DNA from: Nitrosopumilus sp.
GTDB taxonomy: Archaea > Thermoproteota > Nitrososphaeria > Nitrososphaerales > Nitrosopumilaceae
Direction: 5' to 3'
Length of the DNA: 64,000 bases
Assembly (NCBI GenBank): GCA_965218785.1
Contig: OZ244650.1
Location: forward strand, 160,001-224,000
In this document: one piece after another, positions 18,030 to 28,459 of the stretch
Layout: every line of letters starts with the position of its first letter
How positions within the stretch are numbered: the stretch's first letter is position 1
Made by a program: the position numbers and the translations under genes
Notes under the pieces: generated by a model
The model's database searches: none
Seen by the model: the letters and a program-made list of their open reading frames with translations, nothing else
What the model was told of the DNA's origin: nothing

Positions 18030-19322
18030 CTATCTGAATAATTCCGATGAGATGTTTTCAAGCATGACCTTTTTTATCTCATCTAATGTCTCAAAATTTC
18101 CTATGGTCCACATTGCTTTTACCAGCGCTACTTCCGGAATCATATTTTCCAGTGGAATTATGCCCAAATCAAGCAGATCCCGCCCACTTTCATACACCGT
18201 CATTCTGACTCTGCCATCTATGCACTGGGATGTCATACCCAGAAAGACCCCCATCTCATTTGCTTTTTTTACACTCTCATACATTGTATTACCTATGTGG
18301 CCCAGTCCCGTCCCCTCAAAAATTATTCCCTTGTATCCCATCTCAATAATTTGATCTAGCAGTTTAGGATCATACCCTGGATGATACTTTACCAGGGCAA
18401 CATTTGTGTCCAGTTTAATTCTTGGTTGAAATTCATCTGTCTTGAAAAAATCCACCGTAATGTTTTTTTGAATTTGATCCTCGGCAATAATGAATGCCGG
18501 ATTACCCCCGACTGTCTGGAACGCGCCCCTCTTACTTGTGTGGTTCTTTCTTACCCTTGTTCCGAGATGACACGCTATGGTGTCATCGTTTTCATCCTGA
18601 TGCATGACAACGTACACCCCCTTTGCACTGACTTTTGTAATGAATTTTGCCGCACCGATTAAATTCAGCGCCGCATCTGATGAAGCACGATCTGAGGATC
18701 TTTGTGATCCGACTAAAACGACTGGTATTGGAAATCCCGCAAGTGCAAATGAAAGAAATGACGATGTATAATGCATTGTATCTGTTCCATGTGCGATGAT
18801 TATTCCCAAATAATCTGATTTGGCATACCCGTTGATCTTTTCGGCAATTTGCAGCCAGTGCTCTGGCATTATATTTTCAGAATACTCCGTTAATACGGCA
18901 GTTGCATCTATGTTGGCAATTTTGGAGAGTTCGGGAACAGACGAGTTCAACTCTTCGGCAGTTAGTATGGGCGTGACTGCACCTGTCCTGTAATCTATCT
19001 TGCTTGCAATTGTTCCACCCGTTGATAACAGCAGGATTTTCGGCAATCCCTCCGTCTTTTCTATTTTTTCATTTTTTTCAACAGTCTTTTCTGGGGATTG
19101 AATCTTTTCAACACTCTCTATCTTTTCAATTTCCAGACCAATATTGTAACCGCTGTTTAGCTTCAAAACAACATGTTTGTCATCACCATGCTCGTATCTT
19201 GGCATAATTATGCCTGCAAAAGTAATCATATCAGATGTAATCTTGACGGTATTTCCAACTGAAATCTGGTTTTTCTTTAGAAATTCCAACGAGTCCCCGT
19301 GATATCCCCTATATTCTGACAT
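18030..19322 (-). CDS. gatD: Glu-tRNA(Gln) amidotransferase subunit D
   Basis: KLNSGYNIG N-domain, TGGTIAS, HGTDT, GSQRSSDRASSD; adjacent to gatE. Confidence 0.97.
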   Translation of the reverse strand: MSEYRGYHGDSLEFLKKNQISVGNTVKITSDMITFAGIIMPRYEHGDDKHVVLKLNSGYNIGLEIEKIESVEKIQSPEKTVEKNEKIEKTEGLPKILLLSTGGTIASKIDYRTGAVTPILTAEELNSSVPELSKIANIDATAVLTEYSENIMPEHWLQIAEKINGYAKSDYLGIIIAHGTDTMHYTSSFLSFALAGFPIPVVLVGSQRSSDRASSDAALNLIGAAKFITKVSAKGVYVVMHQDENDDTIACHLGTRVRKNHTSKRGAFQTVGGNPAFIIAEDQIQKNITVDFFKTDEFQPRIKLDTNVALVKYHPGYDPKLLDQIIEMGYKGIIFEGTGLGHIGNTMYESVKKANEMGVFLGMTSQCIDGRVRMTVYESGRDLLDLGIIPLENMIPEVALVKAMWTIGNFETLDEIKKVMLENISSELFR

Positions 19323-19482
19323 TTACAAGAATTAGATCCGTTATTTTATTAAAACTACCGATAACAGAATCCTGAATTAGACTAATTTCAGCATTATTTC
19401 TCTAAATTTGTGAATTTTTACAATATTCTCTCAGGTACACTAGTGTGTACCCAGTCATTATCAAACTTTGAATAATTACATT

Positions 19483-19705
19483 ATGCAAACATTACAACAA
19501 ACATTCAAAATTCAAGAAATAAAAAGACAGACAGCATACTTGATTTTATCAGACAGGTACATGAACAACTCGGATCCGTCATTATGCTCCAAAACCAGTT
19601 TTGAAATCACAGCTGAGACAAATCAAGAGCACGACATGTAAAAATTGCCGGCACAGATCCGAGACATGCGTGAAATCTGATCAGATACTTGAGAATGAAA
19701 AATGA
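19483..19705 (+). pseudogene. Small Cys/His protein apparently split by an extra base in AAAA at 19591-19594
   Basis: Frame 1 MQTLQQTFKIQEIKRQTAYLILSDRYMNNSDPSLCSK continues in the +1 frame as PVLKSQLRQIKSTTCKNCRHRSETCVKSDQILENEK*. Confidence 0.45.
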
Positions 19706-19716
19706 ATAATCTCGGA

Positions 19717-19827
19717 TTAATTCCTTCTGTCTCTTAATTGGTGGCAGTCGCACTGACAACCTTGTTGACATTTTATCCTTCTACAGTCCGAGCATGTTTT
19801 CTTATTCCAGTATGGTGCTGTATTCAT
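19717..19827 (-). CDS. 36-aa cysteine-rich micro-protein (metallothionein/zinc-finger-like), absent from ORF track
   Basis: Manual translation MNTAPYWNKKTCSDCRRIKCQQGCQCDCHQLRDRRN: 6 Cys and 1 His within 18 residues. Confidence 0.6.
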   Translation of the reverse strand: MNTAPYWNKKTCSDCRRIKCQQGCQCDCHQLRDRRN

Positions 19828-19954
19828 CTATATCTGGATATCTTGAGGGCGTCCCTTTTTTTAATTGATTCGGAATTCGGTAAAAATCTTCCACACTGCA
19901 AGAAATTTACAATATCTGATTTTATTAAATGAAAACATGAAAAACGGGCAGAAA

Positions 19955-22141
19955 CTATCTGTAATAGGATGCCACTAGTTTTTCGCCCATCTTGAGGTCT
20001 TTTTGTTCTCTGACCTTCTTGACTGCCTCTTCAAAGTGTTTCATGGTTACCTTTGCATCAATACTCTGCTTTTCAATATCCTTGACGTCCGGATGTGAAT
20101 CCAGATATTCGTGAATGACCAGTGAAACTGCAGTATTGGCAATGGATGCCGTATCTGCACCGCTGAGTCCGTCAGTTATCTCGGAGAGTTTCTCGAAATC
20201 AACATGTTTGGGATTGCCCTCCTCGCTAATTATCGGTATCTTTTCAGCGTTAATCTTCAAGATGCTCTTCCTGCTTTGCTTGTCTGGAAGTGGAATCTGA
20301 ATTATCTTGTCAAATCTTCCCGGTCTTAGCAGTGCGGGATCTATCATGTCTGCCCTGTTTGTTGCAGCCAAAACCACGACTCCGTGCATATTTTCCATTC
20401 CATCCAACTCTGTTAGCAGCTGGCTGACGACTCTTTCACTTACTGCAGTTTCCCCACCTGCTCCACGTATTGGCGCAATAGAGTCAATTTCATCAAAGAA
20501 TATCACACATGGTGCAGACTGGCGCGCCCTCTTGAAAATCTCCCTTATTCCCTTTTCGGATTCACCTACCCATTTTGATAAAAGTTCAGGCCCCCTTACT
20601 GAAACAAAGTTTGCCTCACTTTGCGTGGCAACTGCCTTTGCAAGCAGGGTCTTTCCCGTACCACTTGGACCGTGAAGTAAAATACCTCTTGGCATCTTGT
20701 GTCCTAGTTTATCATAAAGATCCGGATATTTCATCGGCCACTCTACGGCCTCTTGGAGTTCCCGTTTTACATCCTCCAAACCTCCAACATCATCCCATTT
20801 TACATCCGGATTTTCAATAAAGACTTCCCTCATTCCTGACGGTGTTACTTCGATCAGGGCCCTGGTAAAGTCCCCGTGATTTACAATTAGTTTGTCCAGA
20901 GTCTCCGGAGGCACCTTCTCTTCTTCCAAGTTTAGAATGGGTAGCAGCCTCCTCAAACATTTCATCGCAGCTTCCTTGCATAGATACTCTAGGTCTGCCC
21001 CAACGTATCCGTGACTTACTGACGAAATCTTGTCTACATCCACATCGTCTGTCAGCGGCATATTTCTGCTATGGATTAACAGTATGTCTTTTCTTCCTTT
21101 TTTATCGGGAACCTTGATCTCAATCTCCCTATCAAATCTTCCCGGTCGTCTTAATGCAGGATCAATTGCGTTTGGCCTGTTTGTTGCCGAGATGACAATC
21201 ACCTTTCCTCGCGCCTCCAACCCGTCCATTAATGACAGCATTTGAGAAACAACTCTTCTTTCAACTTCGCCGGTAACCTCTTCTCTCTTTGGCGCAATAG
21301 AATCAATTTCATCGACAAAGACAATTGATGGGGATTTTTCCCTTGCTTCCTTGAAAATTTCTCTCAGCCTTGCTTCACTTTCCCCGTAAAACTTGCTCAT
21401 AATTTCCGGACCTGAGATACTGATAAAGTGTGCATTACTTTCATTTGCAACTGCCTTTGCAAGCAGCGTCTTTCCAGTTCCTGGCGGACCGTACAACAGT
21501 ACGCCTTTTGGCGCCTCGATTCCCAATTTTTCAAAAATCTCCGGATGTCTCAATGGAAGCTCGATCATCTCTCTGACCTTTTTAATTTCATCTGTTAATC
21601 CGCCAATGTCCTCGTATGTGACTTGTGGAACTCCGCGTAATGACTCTCCTTTTTCTGCAATATGAAAGACGGTCTTTTGAATAACCAATACAGCATCAGC
21701 TGCAGGTGTCACCGCTATAACCTGAAAAGTCAAACGTCCGCCAAAGTATGGAACCATTACGTTATCCCCCTTTATCAAAGGAACACTTTCCAGGGCATCG
21801 GCAAGATATCTCTCATCAATTGGAGGAATTGGCTCCAATGGCGCCACCGTTATCTTTTCTGCGGCTACTGCCTTTATTTTTCTGACTGAAATTGTATCTC
21901 CGATTGCAATTCCCGAATTATTTCTGCCCAATCCGTCAATTCTGATGATTCCCTTTCCTTCATCAGATGGGTACAATGGAAGACATTTTGCAACCGTTCT
22001 TCTTTTACCCTTTATCTCTATTACATCGCCAGTTGAGGCATTAAGCGTATCCATGGAATCATAATCAATTCTTGCCACTCCCCTGCCAACGTCTCTTGTA
22101 TATGCCTCAAGAACCTTAAGTGACAGGGCATTTTGACTCAT
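19955..22141 (-). CDS. cdc48: CDC48/VAT family AAA+ ATPase
   Basis: N-domain [11 protein letters not shown], two AAA modules ([16 protein letters not shown]; DEIDSIAP; RPGRFD), C-terminal YYR HbYX motif. Confidence 0.97.
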   Translation of the reverse strand: MSQNALSLKVLEAYTRDVGRGVARIDYDSMDTLNASTGDVIEIKGKRRTVAKCLPLYPSDEGKGIIRIDGLGRNNSGIAIGDTISVRKIKAVAAEKITVAPLEPIPPIDERYLADALESVPLIKGDNVMVPYFGGRLTFQVIAVTPAADAVLVIQKTVFHIAEKGESLRGVPQVTYEDIGGLTDEIKKVREMIELPLRHPEIFEKLGIEAPKGVLLYGPPGTGKTLLAKAVANESNAHFISISGPEIMSKFYGESEARLREIFKEAREKSPSIVFVDEIDSIAPKREEVTGEVERRVVSQMLSLMDGLEARGKVIVISATNRPNAIDPALRRPGRFDREIEIKVPDKKGRKDILLIHSRNMPLTDDVDVDKISSVSHGYVGADLEYLCKEAAMKCLRRLLPILNLEEEKVPPETLDKLIVNHGDFTRALIEVTPSGMREVFIENPDVKWDDVGGLEDVKRELQEAVEWPMKYPDLYDKLGHKMPRGILLHGPSGTGKTLLAKAVATQSEANFVSVRGPELLSKWVGESEKGIREIFKRARQSAPCVIFFDEIDSIAPIRGAGGETAVSERVVSQLLTELDGMENMHGVVVLAATNRADMIDPALLRPGRFDKIIQIPLPDKQSRKSILKINAEKIPIISEEGNPKHVDFEKLSEITDGLSGADTASIANTAVSLVIHEYLDSHPDVKDIEKQSIDAKVTMKHFEEAVKKVREQKDLKMGEKLVASYYR

Positions 22142-22256
22142 ACAGCTAAGACATTTTGTCTAATTTTTATATCTTTGTGGCAATCCTGCGGCAATATGTG
22201 AAATTACAGGGAATAATCACAAGCTTAAAATTCTTAGTGCGTACGAAACGATCGAC

Positions 22257-22991
22257 TTGGGTAAAAGACCGTTAGTTAGAAGACGTGGCCGTGGAGGAAA
22301 TCAGTTTAGATCTACTGCCACTGGAAAAGTAGGCTCCAAGGCAAATTATCCCCGTTTTTCACTCTCAGAACAGCATGAGGGCAAAATTATTGATCTGGTT
22401 CATGAGCGTGGCAGAGAAGCACCTCTGGCCAAAGTCCGATTTGAAGACGGAGCCGTCTCATTTATTCCCGCAGTGCTGGGAACCAAAGTGGGCGCAACCT
22501 TGCAATTTGGACTAAAATCAAAGATCCAGCATGGAAACGTAATTAGCGTTCAGAATATTCCTGATGGAACAACCGTATGTAATATTGAAAGGCACTTTGG
22601 AGATGGCGGTGCCATAGTAAAGTCAGCCGGTACTGACGCAACTGTTTTTTCTCATGGTGATGAGGGCGTGACAGTCAAACTCCCATCTGGAAAATTCACC
22701 ACATTAAATCCAAAAAACAGGGCAATGATTGGGACTCTTGCAGGGGGAGGATCCGGTGAAAGGCCGTTTATGAGCGCAGGCGGCAAATGGAGAAGCTTTA
22801 GGGCAAAGGGAAAGAAATATCCAATCGTCCGGGGAGTTGCACAGGCAGCCTATGTCCATCCACACGGCGGAGGACGTCATCAACATGTCGGACAAAGTTC
22901 TACTGTTTCAAGAAATGCACCTCCTGGTGCCAAGGTAGGCAGTATTGCTGCCAGAAAGACTGGTAGAGCCAGAATTAAGGAAAGAAAATAG
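22257..22991 (+). CDS. rpl2: 50S ribosomal protein uL2
   Basis: MGKRPLVRRRGRG start; RGVAQAAYVHPHGGG and PPGAKVGSIAARKTG. Confidence 0.97.
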   Translation: MGKRPLVRRRGRGGNQFRSTATGKVGSKANYPRFSLSEQHEGKIIDLVHERGREAPLAKVRFEDGAVSFIPAVLGTKVGATLQFGLKSKIQHGNVISVQNIPDGTTVCNIERHFGDGGAIVKSAGTDATVFSHGDEGVTVKLPSGKFTTLNPKNRAMIGTLAGGGSGERPFMSAGGKWRSFRAKGKKYPIVRGVAQAAYVHPHGGGRHQHVGQSSTVSRNAPPGAKVGSIAARKTGRARIKERK

Positions 22992-23038
22992 TTTTTGCCT
23001 GACCCAAAATTGATTAACAGCTCACAGTAACACAACTT

Positions 23039-23320
23039 GTGTCAAACCAACGAATTAGAATTTTTGTTACCGGCAAGGTACAGGGCGTGTTCTTCCGCCA
23101 GACTCTAAAAGTAATGGCAAAGAAAAATAATGTTCTCGGATGGGTAAAAAATCTCAAGGACGGCAGGGTTGAGGCTGTCCTAGAGGGGACAGAACAAAAC
23201 GTCAACAGGTTAATTGAATGGTCTCATGGCGGACCGGCAAACTCCAGAGTCGAGGATGTAGAAATATACAATGAAAAGTTTACCGGGGAATTTTCAAGGT
23301 TTGATGTATTGTATCAATGA
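23039..23320 (+). CDS. acyP: Acylphosphatase
   Basis: GKVQGVFFR and GWVKNLKDGRVE motifs. Confidence 0.93.
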   Translation: MSNQRIRIFVTGKVQGVFFRQTLKVMAKKNNVLGWVKNLKDGRVEAVLEGTEQNVNRLIEWSHGGPANSRVEDVEIYNEKFTGEFSRFDVLYQ

Positions 23321-23649
23321 ATTCCCTCGTATGCCTCTTTGATTATCTGGCCAAACTCTGAAACCTGCTGACTTTTTTTAATTTCAATGATCTGGATTGG
23401 CTCCTTCCTGTTCTTTTGAATTTTGATGAGGACTCCCTCTTTTCCAGGTTCCAGATCTGCAAACCATCTGAATGTCATTGATTTACAAAAGACCACCCTG
23501 TGCATCCTGATATCTTCCACCACGTTTTCCCCCAAGGAAAAACAAAATTCCCTAATTGAATCAAAAAGAGGCTGTACCGAATCTGGAATCTGCTTCTTTT
23601 TAAAGTCGTCATAACTTCGGTTATTCCCGGATGAAATAATTCCCTCCAT
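23314..23649 (-). CDS. Hypothetical protein (DUF5655/YjbR-like fold)
   Basis: 111-aa ORF with LFDSIREFCFSLGENVVE pattern; family call tentative. Confidence 0.55.
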   Translation of the reverse strand: MEGIISSGNNRSYDDFKKKQIPDSVQPLFDSIREFCFSLGENVVEDIRMHRVVFCKSMTFRWFADLEPGKEGVLIKIQKNRKEPIQIIEIKKSQQVSEFGQIIKEAYEGIH

Positions 23650-23686
23650 GGTTTTGCAAATTTGATTTTAATTATAAAGGTAGAGT

Positions 23687-24002
23687 GGTAGCAGATCTGC
23701 TGGCTCCAGTCTAGACGAATAGCCCCATTTCAAGGCGTACAAGATCCGCCACGTTGACGAGGAAGCGTGGATGCCCCATCTTAGGATTGCTCCCTCCCGG
23801 ACCTCATCACTTTCGATGGTTCGGTCTTAGAAGTCATCCCTTCGGATAATTCCAGTCCTGCAACCACCCGCCTCGGCGTGATTTCATTTCCGCACACCAA
23901 GCGGGAATTACTCACCTAGAGATTTACCCAACAGTTACTGATCTCTGCATATAGCCGGTTTCAGAATAGGGCACGGCTAGCACCCCGATCCTACCTACTA
24001 CC
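23687..24002 (-). ncRNA. ffs: Archaeal signal recognition particle (7S) RNA
   Basis: 316-nt GC-richer intergenic segment; ends pair (GGTAGTAGGT / ATCTGCTACC); Alu-like GGGGTGCTAGCCGTGCCC...GAAACCGGC; helix-8 GAGGTCC-GGGA-GGGAGCA. Confidence 0.88.
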
Positions 24003-24034
24003 GTTTTTTATGGGGAAGGCATGTTATATTTGCA

Positions 24035-24949
24035 TTAGGTTTTGTTTCCTTTTAGTCTCAAGACCATGCTGCACACTGAGCACATGCTTCCCGTACATTC
24101 ATTACCGCACCTGCTGCAGTTCATCTTCTGTTTTTGGCTGGTATTCTTTAGAATCTGGGATATTTTGAGAACGGATTGATACAAATTATTTTTAATTCCA
24201 CTGTGCCTGTTTTCCAACGAATTTAGAAATTCACGAATTTCCGTCCTTATCCCCTCATTCATGTGCGGGCACGGTTCTGATTGAAATGGGATGTTGTTTG
24301 TAAATGCATAAAACACGATCTCAGACTCGTATATCTCACAAAATGGCTTTATTTTTCTCAAAGAGTTTGCAGACGTATCGGGATCCATCCAGCCAATCTT
24401 GTTTGTATCCCCTGAGAGCATATTTATGACAAATGTCTGCAGCGTGTCATCTAGATTGTGCCCCGTTGCAATCACATCTGCCTGGATGTCCTTTGCCGCA
24501 AAATCGATCGCACGTCTTCTTAGGGTGCCGCAAATCGAACATGAGGAAGTCTTTTCCTCTCCTCTCAATTCCAATGCCTCCTCAAGTGTCAATTCAAAGA
24601 GATCCTTGTAAGAGTAGACGCTGTGTTCCACCCCCAGCTCGTCACAGAATTTTTCCACAATTTCCAGCGCCTCATTTCTGTAATCGGGAATTCCCTCGTC
24701 AATTGTAATTGCCTTGATTCTAAAGTTATGGGTTTGTGCCATCTCGTGAATGATTTTTAATAATGCAAGCGAGTCTTTTCCGCCAGATACTGCAACTGCC
24801 ACGAGCTCGTCATGTTGAATCATGTTGTATTTTGAGATCGTCTTTGCGGTTTTTCTTACAATGGAATTTGAAAAGCATCCAGAACAGAGGTTCTGACCCG
24901 AGTATTTTCTGGTATATACTGCCTGATTCTCGCATTTGTCACACTTCAT
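24035..24949 (-). CDS. tRNA 2-thiolation protein (TtuA/NcsA/Ctu1 family, TIGR00269-like)
   Basis: N-terminal CxxC/CxxC, PP-loop SGGKDS, CSICGTLRR, TGHNLDD, C-terminal zinc finger. Confidence 0.9.
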   Translation of the reverse strand: MKCDKCENQAVYTRKYSGQNLCSGCFSNSIVRKTAKTISKYNMIQHDELVAVAVSGGKDSLALLKIIHEMAQTHNFRIKAITIDEGIPDYRNEALEIVEKFCDELGVEHSVYSYKDLFELTLEEALELRGEEKTSSCSICGTLRRRAIDFAAKDIQADVIATGHNLDDTLQTFVINMLSGDTNKIGWMDPDTSANSLRKIKPFCEIYESEIVFYAFTNNIPFQSEPCPHMNEGIRTEIREFLNSLENRHSGIKNNLYQSVLKISQILKNTSQKQKMNCSRCGNECTGSMCSVCSMVLRLKGNKT

Positions 24950-25222
24950 AAATCTGGGTGTTTTTTTTCATTAATGATTCTTTGCCAAATGGTTTTAGGA
25001 TCTGGCATATGCGACACATCATCTGGAAAAAAGATGGTTTCCAAGAAAAAAGCAAATAAAATCATTAGGGAAAAAAGACGGAATCTGTGACATGGAATCA
25101 ACTTGCACAGGGAATTTCTTCAGGTAGAGACTGGATAATGACCTATCGGTGTTAAGAAACTAAAGTATGTGTTGAATAAACAAAATGTATATTCCAGTCA
25201 TGACCCTTGTTGATTTTAGATC

Positions 25223-26443
25223 CTATATTGTAAACCATCCTGATTTAATATAGGACAGGGCAATGTTGAGGCCAAACAGAATAAACGTAAAGGCGTAAAT
25301 TCCCCACATGACGCCATTTACCGCATTTTCTGACATTCTTTTATCAATAATAATGTGGACGAATTTTCCACCATCCAAAATCGGCAATGGAAGCATGTTG
25401 ATAATACCGATGAAAAATGATATCATCCAGAGCCACAACAGGAACATTGAAATGCCAAAATCGACATTTGTCCAATCAATGAAATTCATTACAGGCTTGT
25501 ATGGAATAGAGTTATCCCTCATGATTCCTATCAATCCTCTTTGAGGATCGTCTGGTGATGCCATTACCTCCAATGTTTTTTCCAGTGCCTGACCGTCCCT
25601 AAGTATGGACACACTGGCAGTATCTCCAGGATTTAAGGGGGGGAAATCTGTCGGACCGTTAATCGGCACATCATTAATCGTAGTAATGACGTCATTTGCA
25701 AGCAGTCCTGCATGTTCTGCTCCTGAATCCTCTATAACTGAAAGTACCAAAACCCCCTGTGATGATTCATAAAACGTGTTCAGGATGACTTCTCCAAACA
25801 GTGGAATACTATCCAAAACCAGTCCAAAAATTGGGTTTGTTAGCATGATCACTCCTAAGACAATTGCAAACAGTACATTTGATGTAGCGCCTGCCCCAAT
25901 CACCCTTAGTTTTGAAATCTTTTTAGCCTTGTCAAATTCCTCCTCGTCTGGTTCTACAAATCCTGCAAACAATGCAATAAATATTGCAAATCCACCAGTC
26001 TTGATTTTTATTTTTTCCAATGCAGCTACTATGCCGTGTGCCCCCTCGTGAATAACCAGTACAATTGGAATTGAAAGTAAAAAGTATGTAATGGCAGGTG
26101 CCGAAGTAAGTGTCACCCCCGGGATAAGCACGGTCAACTCTGCAAAATCATCTGGTACAGCAAAATAGTTCAGGACGTTGTTTAGCAAAAAGTAAAACGC
26201 AAATCCCATCATTATGAAACCTGAAATAACACTCACATCTGCAAAAATTCTGACGCTTCTCTTCGTTCTTCCCAGAATTCTGATTAATACGTCATTTACG
26301 CTTTTATTCTTGTATACAAGGCTGTATGCCTTTAAATCAAAACCGTACTTCTCTAGTTTGAGGGCCTTTGCAGTTACAATAATGACTACCCAAGCCATTA
26401 GGACGTAAATTATCGAATTCTGGGTAATAAAATCAAGTTCCAA
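25223..26443 (-). CDS. Site-2 protease (M50) with PDZ domain
   Basis: HEGAHG (HExxH), NMLPLPILDGG, central PDZ (SGAEHAGLLANDVI), multiple TM segments. Confidence 0.93.
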   Translation of the reverse strand: MELDFITQNSIIYVLMAWVVIIVTAKALKLEKYGFDLKAYSLVYKNKSVNDVLIRILGRTKRSVRIFADVSVISGFIMMGFAFYFLLNNVLNYFAVPDDFAELTVLIPGVTLTSAPAITYFLLSIPIVLVIHEGAHGIVAALEKIKIKTGGFAIFIALFAGFVEPDEEEFDKAKKISKLRVIGAGATSNVLFAIVLGVIMLTNPIFGLVLDSIPLFGEVILNTFYESSQGVLVLSVIEDSGAEHAGLLANDVITTINDVPINGPTDFPPLNPGDTASVSILRDGQALEKTLEVMASPDDPQRGLIGIMRDNSIPYKPVMNFIDWTNVDFGISMFLLWLWMISFFIGIINMLPLPILDGGKFVHIIIDKRMSENAVNGVMWGIYAFTFILFGLNIALSYIKSGWFTI

Positions 26444-26487
26444 ACTAATTGATAATTTTTTTAAAGTACGGACATTTATCGGTTACT

Positions 26488-26799
26488 ATGAAACCAGTGA
26501 TAATCATCTCGACGTATCCTGATAAAAAATCAGTTTCCAAAATTGCAAACGAGCTTGTAAAAGACAGGACGGTGGCATGCGTCAATATCTCCAAAATTTC
26601 ATCGATTTACTCTTGGAGGGGAAAAATAGTGAATTCGACAGAATATCTTGCCATATTCAAGACGATCGCAAAAAACAAAACCCGGCTAAAAAAGAAAATT
26701 AAAGACACACACCCGTATGACGTCCCGGAAATAGCGGAAATTGATGTTATTTCAATTGATAAATCGTATCTAAAATGGCTAGTTGAATCCACAGGCTAG
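26488..26799 (+). CDS. cutA: Divalent-cation tolerance protein CutA
   Basis: VACVN, SIYSWRGKI, HPYDVPEI; ATG at 26488. Confidence 0.92.
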   Translation: MKPVIIISTYPDKKSVSKIANELVKDRTVACVNISKISSIYSWRGKIVNSTEYLAIFKTIAKNKTRLKKKIKDTHPYDVPEIAEIDVISIDKSYLKWLVESTG

Positions 26800-27842
26800 G
26801 ATTCCATAGAATATCTCAGCAGTGAAATTATCCCGCCCAAACCCGTGACTCTCAGACCTATATCAGTTGACGAATCGACGCTGTAAATCTTTACCCCCTT
26901 GCTTTCTGACTCGTTTAGGAAATCTATCATCCTTTGTTCGTCCTCCTGAATTGCCTTGTCTGAAAACACCATGGATTCGACTGCACCTGCCTGGTTTGCA
27001 TTATATGTCTCAGCAAATCCCATGGTAAATTTTTTGCTCTTCTTGTTTGCAAGCAGCATTACCTCATCAATTATTGATGATACCTTGGCCAGCTTGCTAT
27101 CTGACATTATCTCCTTCATTGCCTGGGATTTTGTAAACGTGTAAATTCCATCCTCCCCGCCCGAATCAATTCCCTCAACTACTTGAATCCTGTATTTTTG
27201 GGGGGATTTTTGGATGAAATTGGAAAATCTTTTTTTTGTTTCACCGGGACCAAAGATTATCATCGTATCGTTTTTCTTGTGTACGGTTGCAACTGCCAGT
27301 TGTACCTGCTCAAAGAATTTTTCGATATTGAAATTAACTGCCTTGTATCTTTTTCCGCTGGAACCTGAATACATATTCGGAATAAATTCCAGATGCGTCC
27401 CCCTTAACCTTGCAATCCCGCAATCCCCGGTATCAATTGCGACAAGCACAAATCCCGTCTGATTGTTACTTGATTCCAGAATATTGGTCTCAGCTGGCAG
27501 CCATCTTTTTTTTGTAATTGTTATTCCGTCATTAATTTTCAGAATAAACGAGTGGTGTGAACCGTGCGGTACTGATTCATTACTTGATTCGGAAATTGCT
27601 CCTCCGATTCTTAATCTGTCCAGGACATCATCTAGTGAAATTTTTTCCACAGTCAATGCAATCCTGACTCTGACTCTCTCACCTTTGTCGGGTCTAGAGT
27701 AATCCCTGTCCTGTTTTAAGACTCTTGTTGTATCCCCGATTATCTTATCATTCTCTTTAATTATGCGGCGCAGATTCAAAAGATCGTCTGAATCTTCGGG
27801 TACTACAGAAATTGAATTCTCATCAATAATCTTTGTAATCAT
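26796..27842 (-). CDS. pelA: Ribosome rescue / mRNA surveillance protein Pelota
   Basis: PEDSDDLLNLRRII, GSHHS, GPGETK, GLGGIISLLRY eRF1-like domains. Confidence 0.92.
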   Translation of the reverse strand: MITKIIDENSISVVPEDSDDLLNLRRIIKENDKIIGDTTRVLKQDRDYSRPDKGERVRVRIALTVEKISLDDVLDRLRIGGAISESSNESVPHGSHHSFILKINDGITITKKRWLPAETNILESSNNQTGFVLVAIDTGDCGIARLRGTHLEFIPNMYSGSSGKRYKAVNFNIEKFFEQVQLAVATVHKKNDTMIIFGPGETKKRFSNFIQKSPQKYRIQVVEGIDSGGEDGIYTFTKSQAMKEIMSDSKLAKVSSIIDEVMLLANKKSKKFTMGFAETYNANQAGAVESMVFSDKAIQEDEQRMIDFLNESESKGVKIYSVDSSTDIGLRVTGLGGIISLLRYSMES

Positions 27843-27868
27843 GATGTTCCCTGAATACACAAAAAAGT

Positions 27869-28285
27869 TTAACCTGCAAGTTTGTCGGTATCTTTTTCCT
27901 CAGTTTTTTTCTTTAGATAATTTTCAACCCAGTCTATGGTAAGAACGCCTGATTCTGCCAGATTTGTAAGGGAGTTTGCAGATGCCTCCCCGGTAACTTT
28001 GCCGTTATTTTTTCTCAGCTGGCGCCATTTTAGGGATGTGTTTCCACTTTTTGAATTATAAATTACTCCAAGGATGTCCCTTGCATTTACAAATGTAATG
28101 TCTCTAATTTTTTTCAAAGTCACCTTGTCGGCTGCCTCCACATAGATTGATCCCAGGCGCTCCTCTCTTTCGGCAAATACCTCAAAATCTTCCAGATAAC
28201 TTCTTGGTGCATAAGACATGCACGTGCTTGTAATGACAAATCTCCGGAAACTTTCCACTGATGCGGGTGTCTCAATTGTAACCAT
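27869..28285 (-). CDS. Conserved-looking hypothetical protein (likely start MVTIE at 28285)
   Basis: 138-aa ORF with core-like composition; no recognised motif. Confidence 0.6.
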   Translation of the reverse strand: MVTIETPASVESFRRFVITSTCMSYAPRSYLEDFEVFAEREERLGSIYVEAADKVTLKKIRDITFVNARDILGVIYNSKSGNTSLKWRQLRKNNGKVTGEASANSLTNLAESGVLTIDWVENYLKKKTEEKDTDKLAG

Positions 28286-28459
28286 TTTGAATGATTGAAC
28301 TATAAGCCATTTATCAAGCTTTTTGAAAGTAATTAATAGGAATCTCAGCAACAGGGCTTGCGGGCGGTGATGAACCTATCCCTTTGAGTATTGATGATGA
28401 GGATCTTGAGTTCTGAGCCCTGCCTTTTGATTTTAATATATCGTCTGTTTTGAGGATAT

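Noticed and set aside
19955-22141. Many antisense ORFs within cdc48, gatDE, dnaK and other core genes
   Set aside because: Shadow ORFs from codon bias opposite well-supported genes.
23687-24002. RNase P RNA
   Set aside because: Lacks the GAGGAAAGUCC and AACAGAA..CGGCU P4 motifs; has SRP Alu and helix-8 features instead.
24989-25090. 33-aa basic ORF MVLGSGICDTSSGKK...
   Set aside because: No recognisable motif; cannot distinguish it from chance or a gene remnant.
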